NCBI GenBank assembly: GCA_963662945.1
Contig: OY759974.1
Span: forward strand, 992,001 to 1,056,000
Direction of reading: 5' to 3'
Source: Arcobacteraceae bacterium
GTDB lineage: Bacteria > Campylobacterota > Campylobacteria > Campylobacterales > Arcobacteraceae
DNA: 64,000 bases
In this document: positions 29,727 through 40,391 of the stretch, piece after piece
Position numbering within the stretch: position 1 is the stretch's first letter
Layout of the letters: each line of letters begins with the position of its first letter
Notes under the pieces: model-generated
Seen by the model: the letters and a program-made list of their open reading frames with translations, nothing else
Told to the model about the DNA's origin: nothing
Databases searched by the model: none
Position numbers and translations under genes: made by a program

Positions 29727-30793
29727 TAGTATTAGGAACTACTGGTTCAATTGGTGTCAATACTTTAGAAATTGCAAAAAAATTTAATCTCGATATTGAA
29801 GTAATGGTTGCTGGAAATAATATAGAACTACTCAATGAACAATTAAAATATTTTTCTCCAGAAATTGTTATTATAGCTCAAGAAAAAGATATTCATAAAG
29901 TAAATCATCACAATGTAAAAGCTGGTGAATTAGCAATTTTAGAAGCTATAGAGGAATCATCTTCAAACCTTGTTGTTAATGCACTTGTTGGTTTTTTTGG
30001 ACTACAACCAACTTTAAGAGCTATTCATTGTGGCAAAAGAGTTGCTCTTGCAAATAAAGAATCACTTGTAGTTGCGGGACAATTCATTGATACTTCATAC
30101 ATAACTCCAATAGATAGTGAACATTTTGGATTATGGTATTTAATGGATACTCAAAAATCAATAGCAAGTTTAACAGTTACCGCAAGTGGAGGGAGTTTTA
30201 GAGACTATCCAATAGAAAAACTTTCTAATGTTACTATCAAAGAGGCTCTAAATCATCCAAATTGGTCTATGGGAAATAAAATTACTATTGATAGTGCAAC
30301 AATGACAAATAAACTCTTTGAACTTATAGAAGCTAGATGGCTTTTTGATACAACTTCTTGTGATGCAATTATTGAAACAAAATCTATTATTCATGCTATG
30401 ATTAACTACAAAGATGGGAGTACAACAGCACATTTAGCCAATGCAAATATGCAATTGCCTATAGCTTATGCTATAATGGGAGAGGTCAAAGAACAAATTT
30501 TAAAACCTGTGAATCTTTTAGAATTACAAAATTTGGAATTTAAAGAGATAAAACAAGAGAGATATCCTATTTGGGAAATCAAAAATGAAGTTCTGCATAA
30601 CAAAGATTTAGGTGTAGTGTTAAATGCTGCAAATGAAGTAGCAGTTGCAAAGTTTTTACAAGGGGAAATTGGATTTTTAGATATTGCTAAAAAAACTCTT
30701 GATGCTATGAACAAGTTTCATAGTCCAAAAATAGAATATATTGATGATATATTCCAAGTTGATAAAGAAGTAAGGAGATATGTAAATGGATAG
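29723..30793 (+). CDS. dxr: 1-deoxy-D-xylulose-5-phosphate reductoisomerase
   Basis: LGTTGSIG, LANKESLV, PIDSEH, HPNWSMGNKITIDSAT, NAANE. Confidence 0.97.
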   Translation: MIVLGTTGSIGVNTLEIAKKFNLDIEVMVAGNNIELLNEQLKYFSPEIVIIAQEKDIHKVNHHNVKAGELAILEAIEESSSNLVVNALVGFFGLQPTLRAIHCGKRVALANKESLVVAGQFIDTSYITPIDSEHFGLWYLMDTQKSIASLTVTASGGSFRDYPIEKLSNVTIKEALNHPNWSMGNKITIDSATMTNKLFELIEARWLFDTTSCDAIIETKSIIHAMINYKDGSTTAHLANANMQLPIAYAIMGEVKEQILKPVNLLELQNLEFKEIKQERYPIWEIKNEVLHNKDLGVVLNAANEVAVAKFLQGEIGFLDIAKKTLDAMNKFHSPKIEYIDDIFQVDKEVRRYVNG

Positions 30794-31061
30794 TATGATG
30801 ATACCTTTTATTATGCTTCTTATTATCACAATAGCTTTAATATTAGAAAGACGATATCATGAAGATAAGATTGTAAATATTTATGAAGATAAATTTGAAC
30901 AATGGAAACAACATTCAACGCATCAAGAGGAAAAACAAAAACCTAAAGAATTAGTTGGATTAGTATTTTTAGAAGATGAACAATTAAATATTGAATTATT
31001 AGATAATAAAGTATTAGATAGACTTGAAAGAAAAAAATACTCTATAAAACAAAAGGGGTAA
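30786..31061 (+). CDS. Small membrane-anchored hypothetical protein
   Basis: N-terminal TM, coupled to dxr, AGGAG RBS. Confidence 0.65.
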   Translation: MDSMMIPFIMLLIITIALILERRYHEDKIVNIYEDKFEQWKQHSTHQEEKQKPKELVGLVFLEDEQLNIELLDNKVLDRLERKKYSIKQKG

Positions 31062-31064
31062 TCT

Positions 31065-31499
31065 ATGAAGGTATTATATTTTTTATTAATCTTTGCTAAT
31101 TTATTATTGGCAAACAAACTTACAAAAAGTGGTGATTATGTTATAGATGATGCTAATAAATTAATGTGGCAAGATACCTATGATAATGTTAAACATCGAT
31201 ATACTCAAGAACAAGCAGTGGAATATTGTGAAAACCTTGTTTTAAGTGGCTTCTCAGATTGGTATCTTCCAACTGCAGATAATTATAGAACCATAATAGA
31301 TAAAACAAGAGTTAAAGAAGAACTTATGATTAATCGTGCATTTAAATACATCTTACCCGATAATTATTGGACAAGCGACAGAACATGGATAAGAAATTTT
31401 GGGCTGTATGGATATTTTGTATTTTTTAAAAGTGGTGCCATATACTATCAAAATAGAAACTATAAGAAATTTGCACGATGCGTAAGAGAAATTAAATAA
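31065..31499 (+). CDS. DUF1566 (Lcl C-type-lectin-like) exported protein
   Basis: Signal peptide, LMWQD, AVEYCENL..GFSDWYLPT, YWTS, ARCVR. Confidence 0.85.
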   Translation: MKVLYFLLIFANLLLANKLTKSGDYVIDDANKLMWQDTYDNVKHRYTQEQAVEYCENLVLSGFSDWYLPTADNYRTIIDKTRVKEELMINRAFKYILPDNYWTSDRTWIRNFGLYGYFVFFKSGAIYYQNRNYKKFARCVREIK

Positions 31500-32038
31500 T
31501 GAAAAAAGTTTTAATCCTTCATGGTTGGGGAGGAAGCCACGAACCTCATTGGCAATGGTGGCTAAATCAGGAACTTCCAAAACATAATTTTAAAGTTTCA
31601 TTTCCAAGTTTACCAAATGAGGACTATCCTCAGCTTGAACAATGGTTAGAATTCTTAAAAAATGAATTTAACAGATTTCAACCTGATATTGTAGTATGTC
31701 ATTCTTTAGCAAATATTTTATGGTTTCATTTTGTAGAAAAGTTTTCTATCAAAGAAATTGAAAAACTAATGCTTGTAGCACCTGTAAGAAAAAATTGCAA
31801 CATAAAAGAGTTACAAACATTTTTTCCATATCCAATTCCTACAGATTTAAAAGCAAAAGAGATAATCATGGTAGCTAGTGATAATGATATTTATCTTAAT
31901 GTAGAAGAAGCAATAAAACTTCAAAGTAAACTGAATGTTGGACTAAAAATACTAGAAAATGCAGGTCACATAAATGCTGATAGTGGTTTTGGAGAACTTC
32001 CTTGTGCAGTAGATTGGATAAAAAGAGAAATTGAATAA
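31499..32038 (+). CDS. RBBP9/YdeN-family alpha/beta hydrolase
   Basis: ILHGWGGS..HWQWWL, CHSLA, ASDND, AGHINADSGFG. Confidence 0.9.
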   Translation: MKKVLILHGWGGSHEPHWQWWLNQELPKHNFKVSFPSLPNEDYPQLEQWLEFLKNEFNRFQPDIVVCHSLANILWFHFVEKFSIKEIEKLMLVAPVRKNCNIKELQTFFPYPIPTDLKAKEIIMVASDNDIYLNVEEAIKLQSKLNVGLKILENAGHINADSGFGELPCAVDWIKREIE

Positions 32039-33043
32039 ATGATATTAAGTATAGAATCAAGTTGCGATGATAGTAGTATTGCAATTACTGAAATAAAAAC
32101 AAAAAAATTGATATTTCATAAAAAAATATCACAAGAGATACAACATAGTATTTATGGTGGAGTTGTTCCAGAATTAGCAGCTAGACTTCATATCGAAGCT
32201 TTACCAAAAATACTAGAAGAGTGTCAACCTTTTTTTAAAGATTTAAAAGCTATTGCCGTTACAAATGCACCTGGTCTCTCTGTTACACTTACAGAAGGTG
32301 TAACTATGGCAAAAGCTTTAAGTATAAGCTTACATTTACCTCTTATTGCAGTAAACCATCTAAAAGGTCATATATATTCACTTTTCATAGAAAAAGAAGC
32401 AAAATTTCCTTGTACTATTTTACTAGTTTCGGGTGGTCACACACAACTTATAGAAGCAAAAAATTTTAATGATATGAAAATCATAGGTTCTACAATTGAT
32501 GATAGTTTTGGAGAAAGTTTTGATAAAGTATCTAAAATGTTAGGTCTGGGATATCCAGGAGGTCCTATTGTGCAAGAAAAAGCACTTCAAGGTAATAATA
32601 CTACTTATGATTTTCCAATTCCACTAAGACAAAGTCCACATATAGAATTTAGTTATAGTGGATTGAAAAATGCCGTAAGAATGGCAATTGAAAAAGAGGA
32701 AAATAACAATAACCTCAATGGACAAACTATAGCAAATATCTGTGCTAGTTTTCAAACTACTGCTGTTGCACATATAGTTATGAAACTCAAAAAATATTTT
32801 AAAACAAATCCACCTACAACTTTTGCCATAGTTGGAGGGGCTAGTGCAAATGTTGAACTAAGAAGCACTATTGAAACGTTATGTAAAAAATATGATGCAA
32901 AACTTTTACTCTCTTCTTTAGAATTTTGTAGTGATAATGCAGCTATGATAGGGAGAGTTGCGGTGGAGCAATATTTAGAAAATGATTTTGTATCCTATAA
33001 CGATATAGATGTTCAAAGTAGAATCAAAGAGAGAACTTTTTAG
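32039..33043 (+). CDS. tsaD: tRNA t6A biosynthesis protein TsaD
   Basis: [42 protein letters not shown]. Confidence 0.97.
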   Translation: MILSIESSCDDSSIAITEIKTKKLIFHKKISQEIQHSIYGGVVPELAARLHIEALPKILEECQPFFKDLKAIAVTNAPGLSVTLTEGVTMAKALSISLHLPLIAVNHLKGHIYSLFIEKEAKFPCTILLVSGGHTQLIEAKNFNDMKIIGSTIDDSFGESFDKVSKMLGLGYPGGPIVQEKALQGNNTTYDFPIPLRQSPHIEFSYSGLKNAVRMAIEKEENNNNLNGQTIANICASFQTTAVAHIVMKLKKYFKTNPPTTFAIVGGASANVELRSTIETLCKKYDAKLLLSSLEFCSDNAAMIGRVAVEQYLENDFVSYNDIDVQSRIKERTF

Positions 33044-33052
33044 TTCATTATT

Positions 33053-33721
33053 CTAAAAATCTCTAGGATTGTTTAAAGCCTCTTCTACAAAAGAAAGATA
33101 TTCTTCTCTTAATATATTTTTTGCTCCAAAAGAAGCTAAATAATCTGTATAAATTTGACTATCTATAAGTGCAAATCCATTTTTTTTCAATCTTTCTACA
33201 AGTTCTACAAAAGCTACTTTACTTGCATCACTTTTAAGAGCAAACATTGATTCTCCACAAAAAATATTACCTATAACTACTCCATAACCGCCACCCACAA
33301 GTTTGCCATCAAAATAAGATTCAAAACTGTGTGCATGCCCTGCTTGATGTAAATCACAATATGCCTCAATCATATCATCAGTAATCCAAGTCCCCTCTTG
33401 ATCTGGTCTTTTTGCTTTAGCACACTCTTTTATGACTTGTTCAAAATTCGTGTCAAACTTCACTTCAAAAATATTTTTTTTAATAGTTTTTTTGAGGTTT
33501 TTAGAGATATGGAGTTCATTGATATCTAAAACGAATCGTGGATTTGGAGACCACCATAAAATAGGATCATCTTCATTGAACCAAGGAAAAATTCCCCTTG
33601 AATAGCCATACATTATTCTATTTACACTCAAATCCCCACCATAAGCAACAATTCCCTCATTACTTGCTAATGCAGGATCTGGAAATGTTAAGTTATAGGG
33701 ACTTAATGGGAAAATATGCAT
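33053..33721 (-). CDS. aat: Leucyl/phenylalanyl-tRNA--protein transferase
   Basis: GGDLS, GIFPWF, ILWWSPNPR, GTWIT, AHSFE, FCGESMF, DASKVA. Confidence 0.95.
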   Translation of the reverse strand: MHIFPLSPYNLTFPDPALASNEGIVAYGGDLSVNRIMYGYSRGIFPWFNEDDPILWWSPNPRFVLDINELHISKNLKKTIKKNIFEVKFDTNFEQVIKECAKAKRPDQEGTWITDDMIEAYCDLHQAGHAHSFESYFDGKLVGGGYGVVIGNIFCGESMFALKSDASKVAFVELVERLKKNGFALIDSQIYTDYLASFGAKNILREEYLSFVEEALNNPRDF

Positions 33722-33723
33722 AG

Positions 33724-34455
33724 TTAAATTTGAACTGGTTTAATCACTTCGTTAGCAAAAACTTTATTTATAGCTTCAGGTACAATCGTTTTTAACTTAC
33801 CAAAACCTACTGGATGAAAAAATCTTGTATATTCAAAACTTCCCTCCTCATCTCTTACACCATCATATACAAATCCTATCTCTTTGTTTTGTTTTTTTGC
33901 CCATTGTGCTATATTAGAAGCATACAATGCTGAATTTGTATGTGCTTTTTCAAACTTATGTCCCCATGCAAAAAAGATAAATTTTCCATTGTAACTAATA
34001 TTTTTATAGTCGTGATAATTATCTTGTTTAGCAAAAACTGTAAGTTGATTTGTATTTAACTTCTCTAAATCCATCTCAAAAACTTCTATTGCGGAAGTTG
34101 GTTGTATATCTTCTTTATTGTAATTAAAAAGATACTTTATCTCTACAAGTTTTCCTTTATCTCTTTGTTTTATAGCTTTAGCAATAATTCGCACTTGATC
34201 TTCCATTTGCAAAGGGTGAAATTTATCATCAAATTTGAAATCTTGATATGCTAACTTTTCCCCTTTATTGTATCCAATTGGTGCTGTGAATGGATTATAT
34301 AAAAACACTGTACCTGCAACATTTTTATTTTTCTTTTTTAATAAAACTTCTAAGTCTTCTACACTTATCTCTTCATCACTTAAAGGAATGTAAACATATG
34401 TTTTTACAATATATTCTAAATCGTGAACTGTTTTTATTTTTCCAAAAAGTTGCAT
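33724..34455 (-). CDS. Hypothetical protein, possibly DUF1643-like
   Basis: 243-aa ORF coupled between the HIT gene and aat; FLYNP, YLFNY, FFAWG and FFHP motifs. Confidence 0.55.
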   Translation of the reverse strand: MQLFGKIKTVHDLEYIVKTYVYIPLSDEEISVEDLEVLLKKKNKNVAGTVFLYNPFTAPIGYNKGEKLAYQDFKFDDKFHPLQMEDQVRIIAKAIKQRDKGKLVEIKYLFNYNKEDIQPTSAIEVFEMDLEKLNTNQLTVFAKQDNYHDYKNISYNGKFIFFAWGHKFEKAHTNSALYASNIAQWAKKQNKEIGFVYDGVRDEEGSFEYTRFFHPVGFGKLKTIVPEAINKVFANEVIKPVQI

Positions 34456-34781
34456 TAATTTATACTACCTAATTGCTCACCTGCTAAAAGATGAAAATGT
34501 ATATGCCCAACTTCTTGACCACCATTTTGTCCAATATTTGTAATCAATCTGTATCCATCACTTTTTACACCAAGTGTTAAAGCAACTTCTTGTATAAATG
34601 TTGTCATCTCTGCCATAATATTTGGTGTCATCTCATTAAATGACTGAAGATGAACTTTTGGTATTATTAAGACATGAATTTTTGCTTGTGGATTTATATC
34701 TTCAAATGCTAAAAAATTATCATTTTCTAACACTGTTTTATTTGGTATTGCACCCTCAATTATTTTACAAAATATACACAT
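34455..34781 (-). CDS. HIT-family nucleotide-binding protein (HinT-like)
   Basis: MCIFCKII, FEDINPQAKIH, GQEVGHIHFHLLAG histidine triad. Confidence 0.95.
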   Translation of the reverse strand: MCIFCKIIEGAIPNKTVLENDNFLAFEDINPQAKIHVLIIPKVHLQSFNEMTPNIMAEMTTFIQEVALTLGVKSDGYRLITNIGQNGGQEVGHIHFHLLAGEQLGSIN

Positions 34782-34834
34782 TATTTTTTCCTTCTATTTT
34801 CATATTTGTAAGTATAACCAAACTATAATAAATG

Positions 34835-34846
34835 TTTAAGTATAAT
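34835..34846 (+). promoter_or_regulatory. Putative sigma70 -10 box for the pheST-aroA-ispH operon
   Basis: tttaag-TATAAT (34841-34846) about 50 nt upstream of pheS. Confidence 0.5.
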
Positions 34847-34897
34847 CCCCCAATTATTAAGGTCTACAAATAGAATAGACCCCTTTAGGAGATACAT

Positions 34898-35908
34898 TTG
34901 CAAGAATGGATAGATAAAATAAATAATAGTGTTTCTTTGGAAGAATTAGAGCAACTTAGAATTGATATTTTAGGGAAAAAAGGTATCTTAACTCTTGAGT
35001 TTGCGAAAATGAAAGATATTCCAGCACAAGAAAAAAAATTATTTGCACAAAATCTAAATAACAATAAAACTGCCGTTACTAATGCTTTAGAATCACAAAA
35101 AACAATTCTAATGGCACAAGAGTTAGAAAAACAACTTGAAGCTGAAAAAATTGATGTTACTAAATTTACACCAAGTTTAAATAATGGTGCATATCATCCA
35201 GTGGCTGATACATTAAATCAAATCACAACATATTTTCAAAACCTAAACTTTAGTATTGAAGAGGGACCTTTAGTTGAAGATGATTTTCATAATTTCGAGG
35301 CTTTAAATCTTCCTAAATATCATCCAGCAAGAGATATGCAAGATACATTTTACTGTAATGATGGTGCGGTTCTTAGAACCCACACAAGTCCAGTTCAAAT
35401 TAGAACCATGATGTCTCAACAACCACCAATTAGAATGATAGCACCAGGAAGTGTATTTAGAAAAGATTTTGATATCACTCATACACCAATGTTCCATCAA
35501 ATAGAAGGGTTAGTTGTTGAAAAAGAGGGTGTAGTGTCTTTTGCAAATTTAAAATTTGTAATGGAAGAATTTTTACACCATATGTTTGGTGAAGTTGAAG
35601 TACGATTTAGACCATCGTTTTTCCCTTTTACAGAACCATCTGCTGAAGTTGATATCAGCTGTATCTTCTGTAAAGATAAAAATACAAACAAAAGTACTGG
35701 ATGTAGAGTATGTTCACACACAGGTTGGCTTGAAGTTTTAGGTTGTGGAATAGTTGATGAGAATGTATTTAAAGCTGTTGGATATGAAAATGTAAGTGGT
35801 TATGCTTTTGGTTTAGGAATTGAAAGATTTGCAATGCTTATCCATAAAATTGGAGATTTACGATCTTTATTTGAAAGTGATATTAGACTATTAGGACAAT
35901 TTAAATGA
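34898..35908 (+). CDS. pheS: Phenylalanyl-tRNA synthetase alpha subunit
   Basis: [50 protein letters not shown]. Confidence 0.98.
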   Translation: MQEWIDKINNSVSLEELEQLRIDILGKKGILTLEFAKMKDIPAQEKKLFAQNLNNNKTAVTNALESQKTILMAQELEKQLEAEKIDVTKFTPSLNNGAYHPVADTLNQITTYFQNLNFSIEEGPLVEDDFHNFEALNLPKYHPARDMQDTFYCNDGAVLRTHTSPVQIRTMMSQQPPIRMIAPGSVFRKDFDITHTPMFHQIEGLVVEKEGVVSFANLKFVMEEFLHHMFGEVEVRFRPSFFPFTEPSAEVDISCIFCKDKNTNKSTGCRVCSHTGWLEVLGCGIVDENVFKAVGYENVSGYAFGLGIERFAMLIHKIGDLRSLFESDIRLLGQFK

Positions 35909-38229
35909 TTATAACAAGAAGATGGCTACAAGAATATATTGACATTACAAAATTAAGCACTCAAACAATATGTAATGCACTTAACTCAATTGGACTAGAA
36001 GTTGATAGTTCTCAGAGAATTTTAATACCAAATGGCGTAGTTATAGGAAAAGTAGAAGCTTGTGAAAAACATCCAGATGCTGATAAACTCAATGTTTGTC
36101 AAGTAAATATAGGAACTAAAATAGAGCAAATTGTCTGTGGTGCTTCAAATGTAGAAGCTGGACAATATGTACCTGTAGCAACAGTTGGTGCTGTACTTGG
36201 TGAAGATTTTGTTATTAAAAAAGCTAAACTTAGAGGTGTTGAATCAAATGGTATGATTTGTAGTTCAACTGAAATAGGTTTACCTAAAATGAATAATGGA
36301 ATTATGGTCTTAGATGATTCTATTGGTGAACTTATTATTGGAAAAGAACTCAATGAATATTCTTTAATCAATGATGAGACTATAGAGATAGAACTTACTG
36401 CAAATCGAGGAGACTGTCTAAGTATTAATGGAATTGCCAGAGAACTAAGCACTTATTTTAATATTTCAATGAAAAATGTTGACCCTGTAGTAAATACAAA
36501 TAATAAAGGTATTGGCCAAGTATTTGATGTAATTTATGATACAAGTTGTCAATCAAGTTTAATTTATAAAGCGGCAGATATTAAAAACTTTCATTTAAAA
36601 TTACTTCATAAATTTAGAGCTGCAATAATTGATAAACTACAAAAAACAGATATTGAAACAGCCATTGCATATGCAACGCATAGTTCAGGTGTTCTTATTA
36701 ATGTATACAGTAAAGCTGCTGCTTATACACAAGAAAGTGAGTTAGTATCTCTTAAAGTTATGCAAGATAATGATGGTTTTGACACAGTTCAAGGTGATGT
36801 ATTATTAAGCACAATTGGAGTTGATGCTGGTAAAGTTGAAAATATTTGTGATGAAGTTTTAATTGAAGCTAGCTATATTGACCCAAATTATCTCTCTCAA
36901 GCTGTTTTTGACAAAAAAAGAGAAACTGGAGATATTTATTATAGAGCATCAAGGGGAAGTGAACCAAATTTAGATTTTGGAATTGATACAGTTATAACAT
37001 TGTTGTCTCAAAATGGTGCAACAATTTATAATGGGAGTAAAAATTTTATCAATGATACAACTCCAATTACGATTAATATTAATAATAAACAATTAAATAA
37101 AATCATAGGGGAAGAGATAGCTCCAAGTAAAGTAAGTCAAATACTTACATCTCTTGGTTTTTTTGTTAAACAAGATGGACAAGATACAATTAATGTAACT
37201 ATTCCATCGTTTCGACATGATGTGAATAATATTGCAGATATTACTGAAGAAGTGGTAAGAATTATTGGTATTGATCAAATTAAATCAAAACCACTTTTAA
37301 TTCAAGAGCTAAATAATATCAATGAAAGTTCAAATAGTTTACAAATTAAAAATGATTTACGTTCACGTGCTATTACAAATGGTTTTTTTGAAACTATCAC
37401 TTATGTATTTGCAAATAGAGAGTTATTAGAAAAATACAATTTCCCTACGGTAATCAATAAAAAAGATATTTTGAATCCAATTGTAAATGAACTCAATACA
37501 TTTAGAACAACATTAAGTTTAAATCTAGTTCAAGCAGTTGCACATAATGTAAAACAAGGTTTTAGATCAATTGCATTATTTGAATCAGGTATTGTATTTG
37601 ATAAAAATAGAAGTGAAATTAAAAAAATAGGATTTATATTTAGTGGTGAAATTGAAAACCCTTCAATCCAAAATAATGCAAAACCAAAACATATTGATTT
37701 ATTTAGTTTTAGTGATAAAATTGCAAATATTATTGGTGATTTTGAGTTACAACCTATGAAAAAAATTATTAGTAATTTTGTACATCCTTATCAAAATGCA
37801 AATATTATGAAAAATGGGAAAAGTATAGGTATTATATACAAACTTCATCCTATAGTTGCAGATGATTTTGATATTTCAAAAGATACTTTTATTGCTCAAT
37901 TAAATTTAGATGCAATAAAAAATGAAACAATTTTTGCTTCAAGCATCTCAAAATTTCAAGCTTCTAGAAGAGATTTAAGTATTATTACACCATCAACTTT
38001 AGAATATAAAGAGATTAAAAAAGTTATTAAGTCTTTAAAAATTAAAGAAATAAAACAATTTAACTTAGTGGATATTTATAGTGATGAAAAATTAGAAGGG
38101 AATGAAAGTTTAACTATACGATTTATACTACAATCAGAAACAAAAACTTTTGAAGAAAGTGATATTAACGATATTATGGATAAAATACTTAACAAATTAC
38201 AAGAAGAGTTAGGTGTAGGTATTAGATAA
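35905..38229 (+). CDS. pheT: Phenylalanyl-tRNA synthetase beta subunit
   Basis: [40 protein letters not shown]. Confidence 0.97.
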   Translation: MIITRRWLQEYIDITKLSTQTICNALNSIGLEVDSSQRILIPNGVVIGKVEACEKHPDADKLNVCQVNIGTKIEQIVCGASNVEAGQYVPVATVGAVLGEDFVIKKAKLRGVESNGMICSSTEIGLPKMNNGIMVLDDSIGELIIGKELNEYSLINDETIEIELTANRGDCLSINGIARELSTYFNISMKNVDPVVNTNNKGIGQVFDVIYDTSCQSSLIYKAADIKNFHLKLLHKFRAAIIDKLQKTDIETAIAYATHSSGVLINVYSKAAAYTQESELVSLKVMQDNDGFDTVQGDVLLSTIGVDAGKVENICDEVLIEASYIDPNYLSQAVFDKKRETGDIYYRASRGSEPNLDFGIDTVITLLSQNGATIYNGSKNFINDTTPITININNKQLNKIIGEEIAPSKVSQILTSLGFFVKQDGQDTINVTIPSFRHDVNNIADITEEVVRIIGIDQIKSKPLLIQELNNINESSNSLQIKNDLRSRAITNGFFETITYVFANRELLEKYNFPTVINKKDILNPIVNELNTFRTTLSLNLVQAVAHNVKQGFRSIALFESGIVFDKNRSEIKKIGFIFSGEIENPSIQNNAKPKHIDLFSFSDKIANIIGDFELQPMKKIISNFVHPYQNANIMKNGKSIGIIYKLHPIVADDFDISKDTFIAQLNLDAIKNETIFASSISKFQASRRDLSIITPSTLEYKEIKKVIKSLKIKEIKQFNLVDIYSDEKLEGNESLTIRFILQSETKTFEESDINDIMDKILNKLQEELGVGIR

Positions 38230-39509
38230 TGCAAACTTTAAATATTTCTGCACTTTCACAACCATTTGATATAACAATTGACAATATAGCATCAGATAAA
38301 TCTATATCGCATAGATGTGCTATGTTTAGTTTACTCTCAAATCAACCATCTATAATTACCAATTATCTTCGTGGAGAAGATACAATGGATTCATTAAAAA
38401 TTGCTCAAAAGCTAGGCGCTACTGTACAAGATGATGGGAAAACTATTACTATTACACCCCCTTCTAAATTAACAGAACCAGATGATATTCTTGATTGTGG
38501 AAATGCAGGAACTGGTATGAGACTCTATGCTGGTTTATTAGCTGGAATTGAAGGAAGTTTTGTTTTAACTGGTGACAAATATTTACGAAGTCGACCAATG
38601 AAAAGAGTTACTCAGCCTTTAAGAGACATTGGGGCAAAAATTGATGGTAGAGAAGATGGGAATAAAGCACCACTTCACATTCGTGGCGGAAAATTAAAAT
38701 CTTTTAAATATCATAGTCCTATAGATTCAGCTCAAGTAAAATCAGCTCTTATTCTTGCTGCATTACAAAGTGATGAAGTATCTTATTATAAAGAAGATTT
38801 ACTCTCACGTGACCATACTGAGCGAATGTTAAATGGTATGGGTGCAAATATTAAAACTAATGATGAAGGTTGGATTGAAATTCATCCTCAAACTGAACCT
38901 CTAAAACCATTAAACATTATGGTACCAACTGATCCTTCAAGTGCATTTTTCTTTGCTGTTGCAGCAGCAATTATCCCAAATGCAAAAGTAACATTAAAAA
39001 ATGTTACTTTAAATCCAACGAGAATTGAAGCATATAAAATTTTACAACAAATGGGTGCAGAAGTTGAATTTATTGAGAGTGAAAATATCTATGAACCTAT
39101 TGGAGATATTGTTGTACAACACAATGCACTAAACGGTGTAACTGTTGATAAAAATATCGCCTGGCTTATAGATGAACTTCCTTGTTTAAGCATTGCTATG
39201 GCAGTTGCAAATGGAAAAAGTGTTGTTAAAAATGCTGAAGAATTACGAGTAAAAGAGAGTGATAGAATCTCTGCAGTTGTAAATAATCTTAAACTTTGTG
39301 GTGTGAACTATCAAGAGTTTGAAGATGGCTATGAGATAGAGGGAAATGCTACACTACAAAAAGCAACAATTAATTCACATGGAGACCATAGAATAGCTAT
39401 GAGTTTTGCAATAGCTGGATTATTATGTGGTATGGATATAGAAGATACACAATGTATAGAAACATCTTTTCCTAACTTTACAGAAATATTAAATAACTTG
39501 CGAGGATAG
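38229..39509 (+). CDS. aroA: EPSP synthase
   Basis: [42 protein letters not shown]. Confidence 0.98.
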   Translation: MQTLNISALSQPFDITIDNIASDKSISHRCAMFSLLSNQPSIITNYLRGEDTMDSLKIAQKLGATVQDDGKTITITPPSKLTEPDDILDCGNAGTGMRLYAGLLAGIEGSFVLTGDKYLRSRPMKRVTQPLRDIGAKIDGREDGNKAPLHIRGGKLKSFKYHSPIDSAQVKSALILAALQSDEVSYYKEDLLSRDHTERMLNGMGANIKTNDEGWIEIHPQTEPLKPLNIMVPTDPSSAFFFAVAAAIIPNAKVTLKNVTLNPTRIEAYKILQQMGAEVEFIESENIYEPIGDIVVQHNALNGVTVDKNIAWLIDELPCLSIAMAVANGKSVVKNAEELRVKESDRISAVVNNLKLCGVNYQEFEDGYEIEGNATLQKATINSHGDHRIAMSFAIAGLLCGMDIEDTQCIETSFPNFTEILNNLRG

Positions 39510-39510
39510 T

Positions 39511-40335
39511 ATGAAAGTAAAACTAGCTTCATCATACGGTTTTTGTTTTGGTGTAAAAAGAGCCATCGATATAGCACAACAACACAAAAACTCAAATACT
39601 ATGGGACCACTTATCCATAATCAAAAAGAGATAGATAGATTAAAGCTTGATTTTAGTGTAGGATTGTATGAGAATCTAGATGATGTAAAAAAAGATGATA
39701 CTGTGATTATAAGAACTCACGGTATTCCAAAAGACGATTTACAAGAACTCAAAAAAAAAGATGCAAAAATAATTAATGCTACCTGTCCTTTTGTGACAAC
39801 ACCACAACAAATTGTAAAAAAAATGTCTAGCGAAAACTATAGTATTTTAATTTTTGGTGATGCTACTCATCCTGAAGTAAAAGGGGTAAAAAGTTATGGG
39901 GACGATGTTCATGTGGTATTAGAACCATTAGAACTTGAAAAAATAACTTTTAAATATGATAAAATTGCCTGTGTAGCACAAACAACAAGAAAAAAAGAAA
40001 AATATTTAGAAATCGTAAATGCACTTATTTTAAAAAATAAAGAGGTAAGAGTTTTTAATACAATTTGTGATGCTACATTTGAAAATCAAGATGCTGTACG
40101 AGAATTATCAAAAGATGTAGATATTATGATAATAATTGGTGGAAAAAACTCTTCAAATACAAAACAATTACTTTATATCGCAAAAGAAAATTGTAATGAA
40201 AGTTATTTAATAGAAGATGAGACAGAATTAGACTTCAATTGGTTCAAAAATAAAAATATTTGTGGTGTCACAGCTGGTGCTTCAACCCCTGATTGGATTA
40301 TCCAAAAAGTTGTAAATCAAATAGAAAATATCTAA
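39511..40335 (+). CDS. ispH: 4-hydroxy-3-methylbut-2-enyl diphosphate reductase
   Basis: GFCFGVKRA, IRTHG, ATCPFV, TICDAT, SSNT, TAGASTP. Confidence 0.97.
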   Translation: MKVKLASSYGFCFGVKRAIDIAQQHKNSNTMGPLIHNQKEIDRLKLDFSVGLYENLDDVKKDDTVIIRTHGIPKDDLQELKKKDAKIINATCPFVTTPQQIVKKMSSENYSILIFGDATHPEVKGVKSYGDDVHVVLEPLELEKITFKYDKIACVAQTTRKKEKYLEIVNALILKNKEVRVFNTICDATFENQDAVRELSKDVDIMIIIGGKNSSNTKQLLYIAKENCNESYLIEDETELDFNWFKNKNICGVTAGASTPDWIIQKVVNQIENI

Positions 40336-40352
40336 ATTAAGCAAGTTTTAGC

Positions 40353-40358
40353 TATAAT
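40353..40358 (+). promoter_or_regulatory. Putative -10 box for rpsA
   Basis: gcTATAAT preceded by ttaag, about 33 nt upstream of rpsA. Confidence 0.5.
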
Positions 40359-40391
40359 GGCTCTCATTAAAATAAAAGGGTAGGCAAGCAA

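Noticed and set aside
31065-31499. DUF1566/Lcl protein as a diversity-generating retroelement target
   Set aside because: No reverse transcriptase and no template/variable repeat pair was seen in the window; the gene sits in a housekeeping operon.
29723-40335. dxr, ispH and aroA as precursor-supply genes of the cluster
   Set aside because: They lie in standard core operons (cdsA-dxr and pheST-aroA-ispH-rpsA), so proximity is probably incidental.
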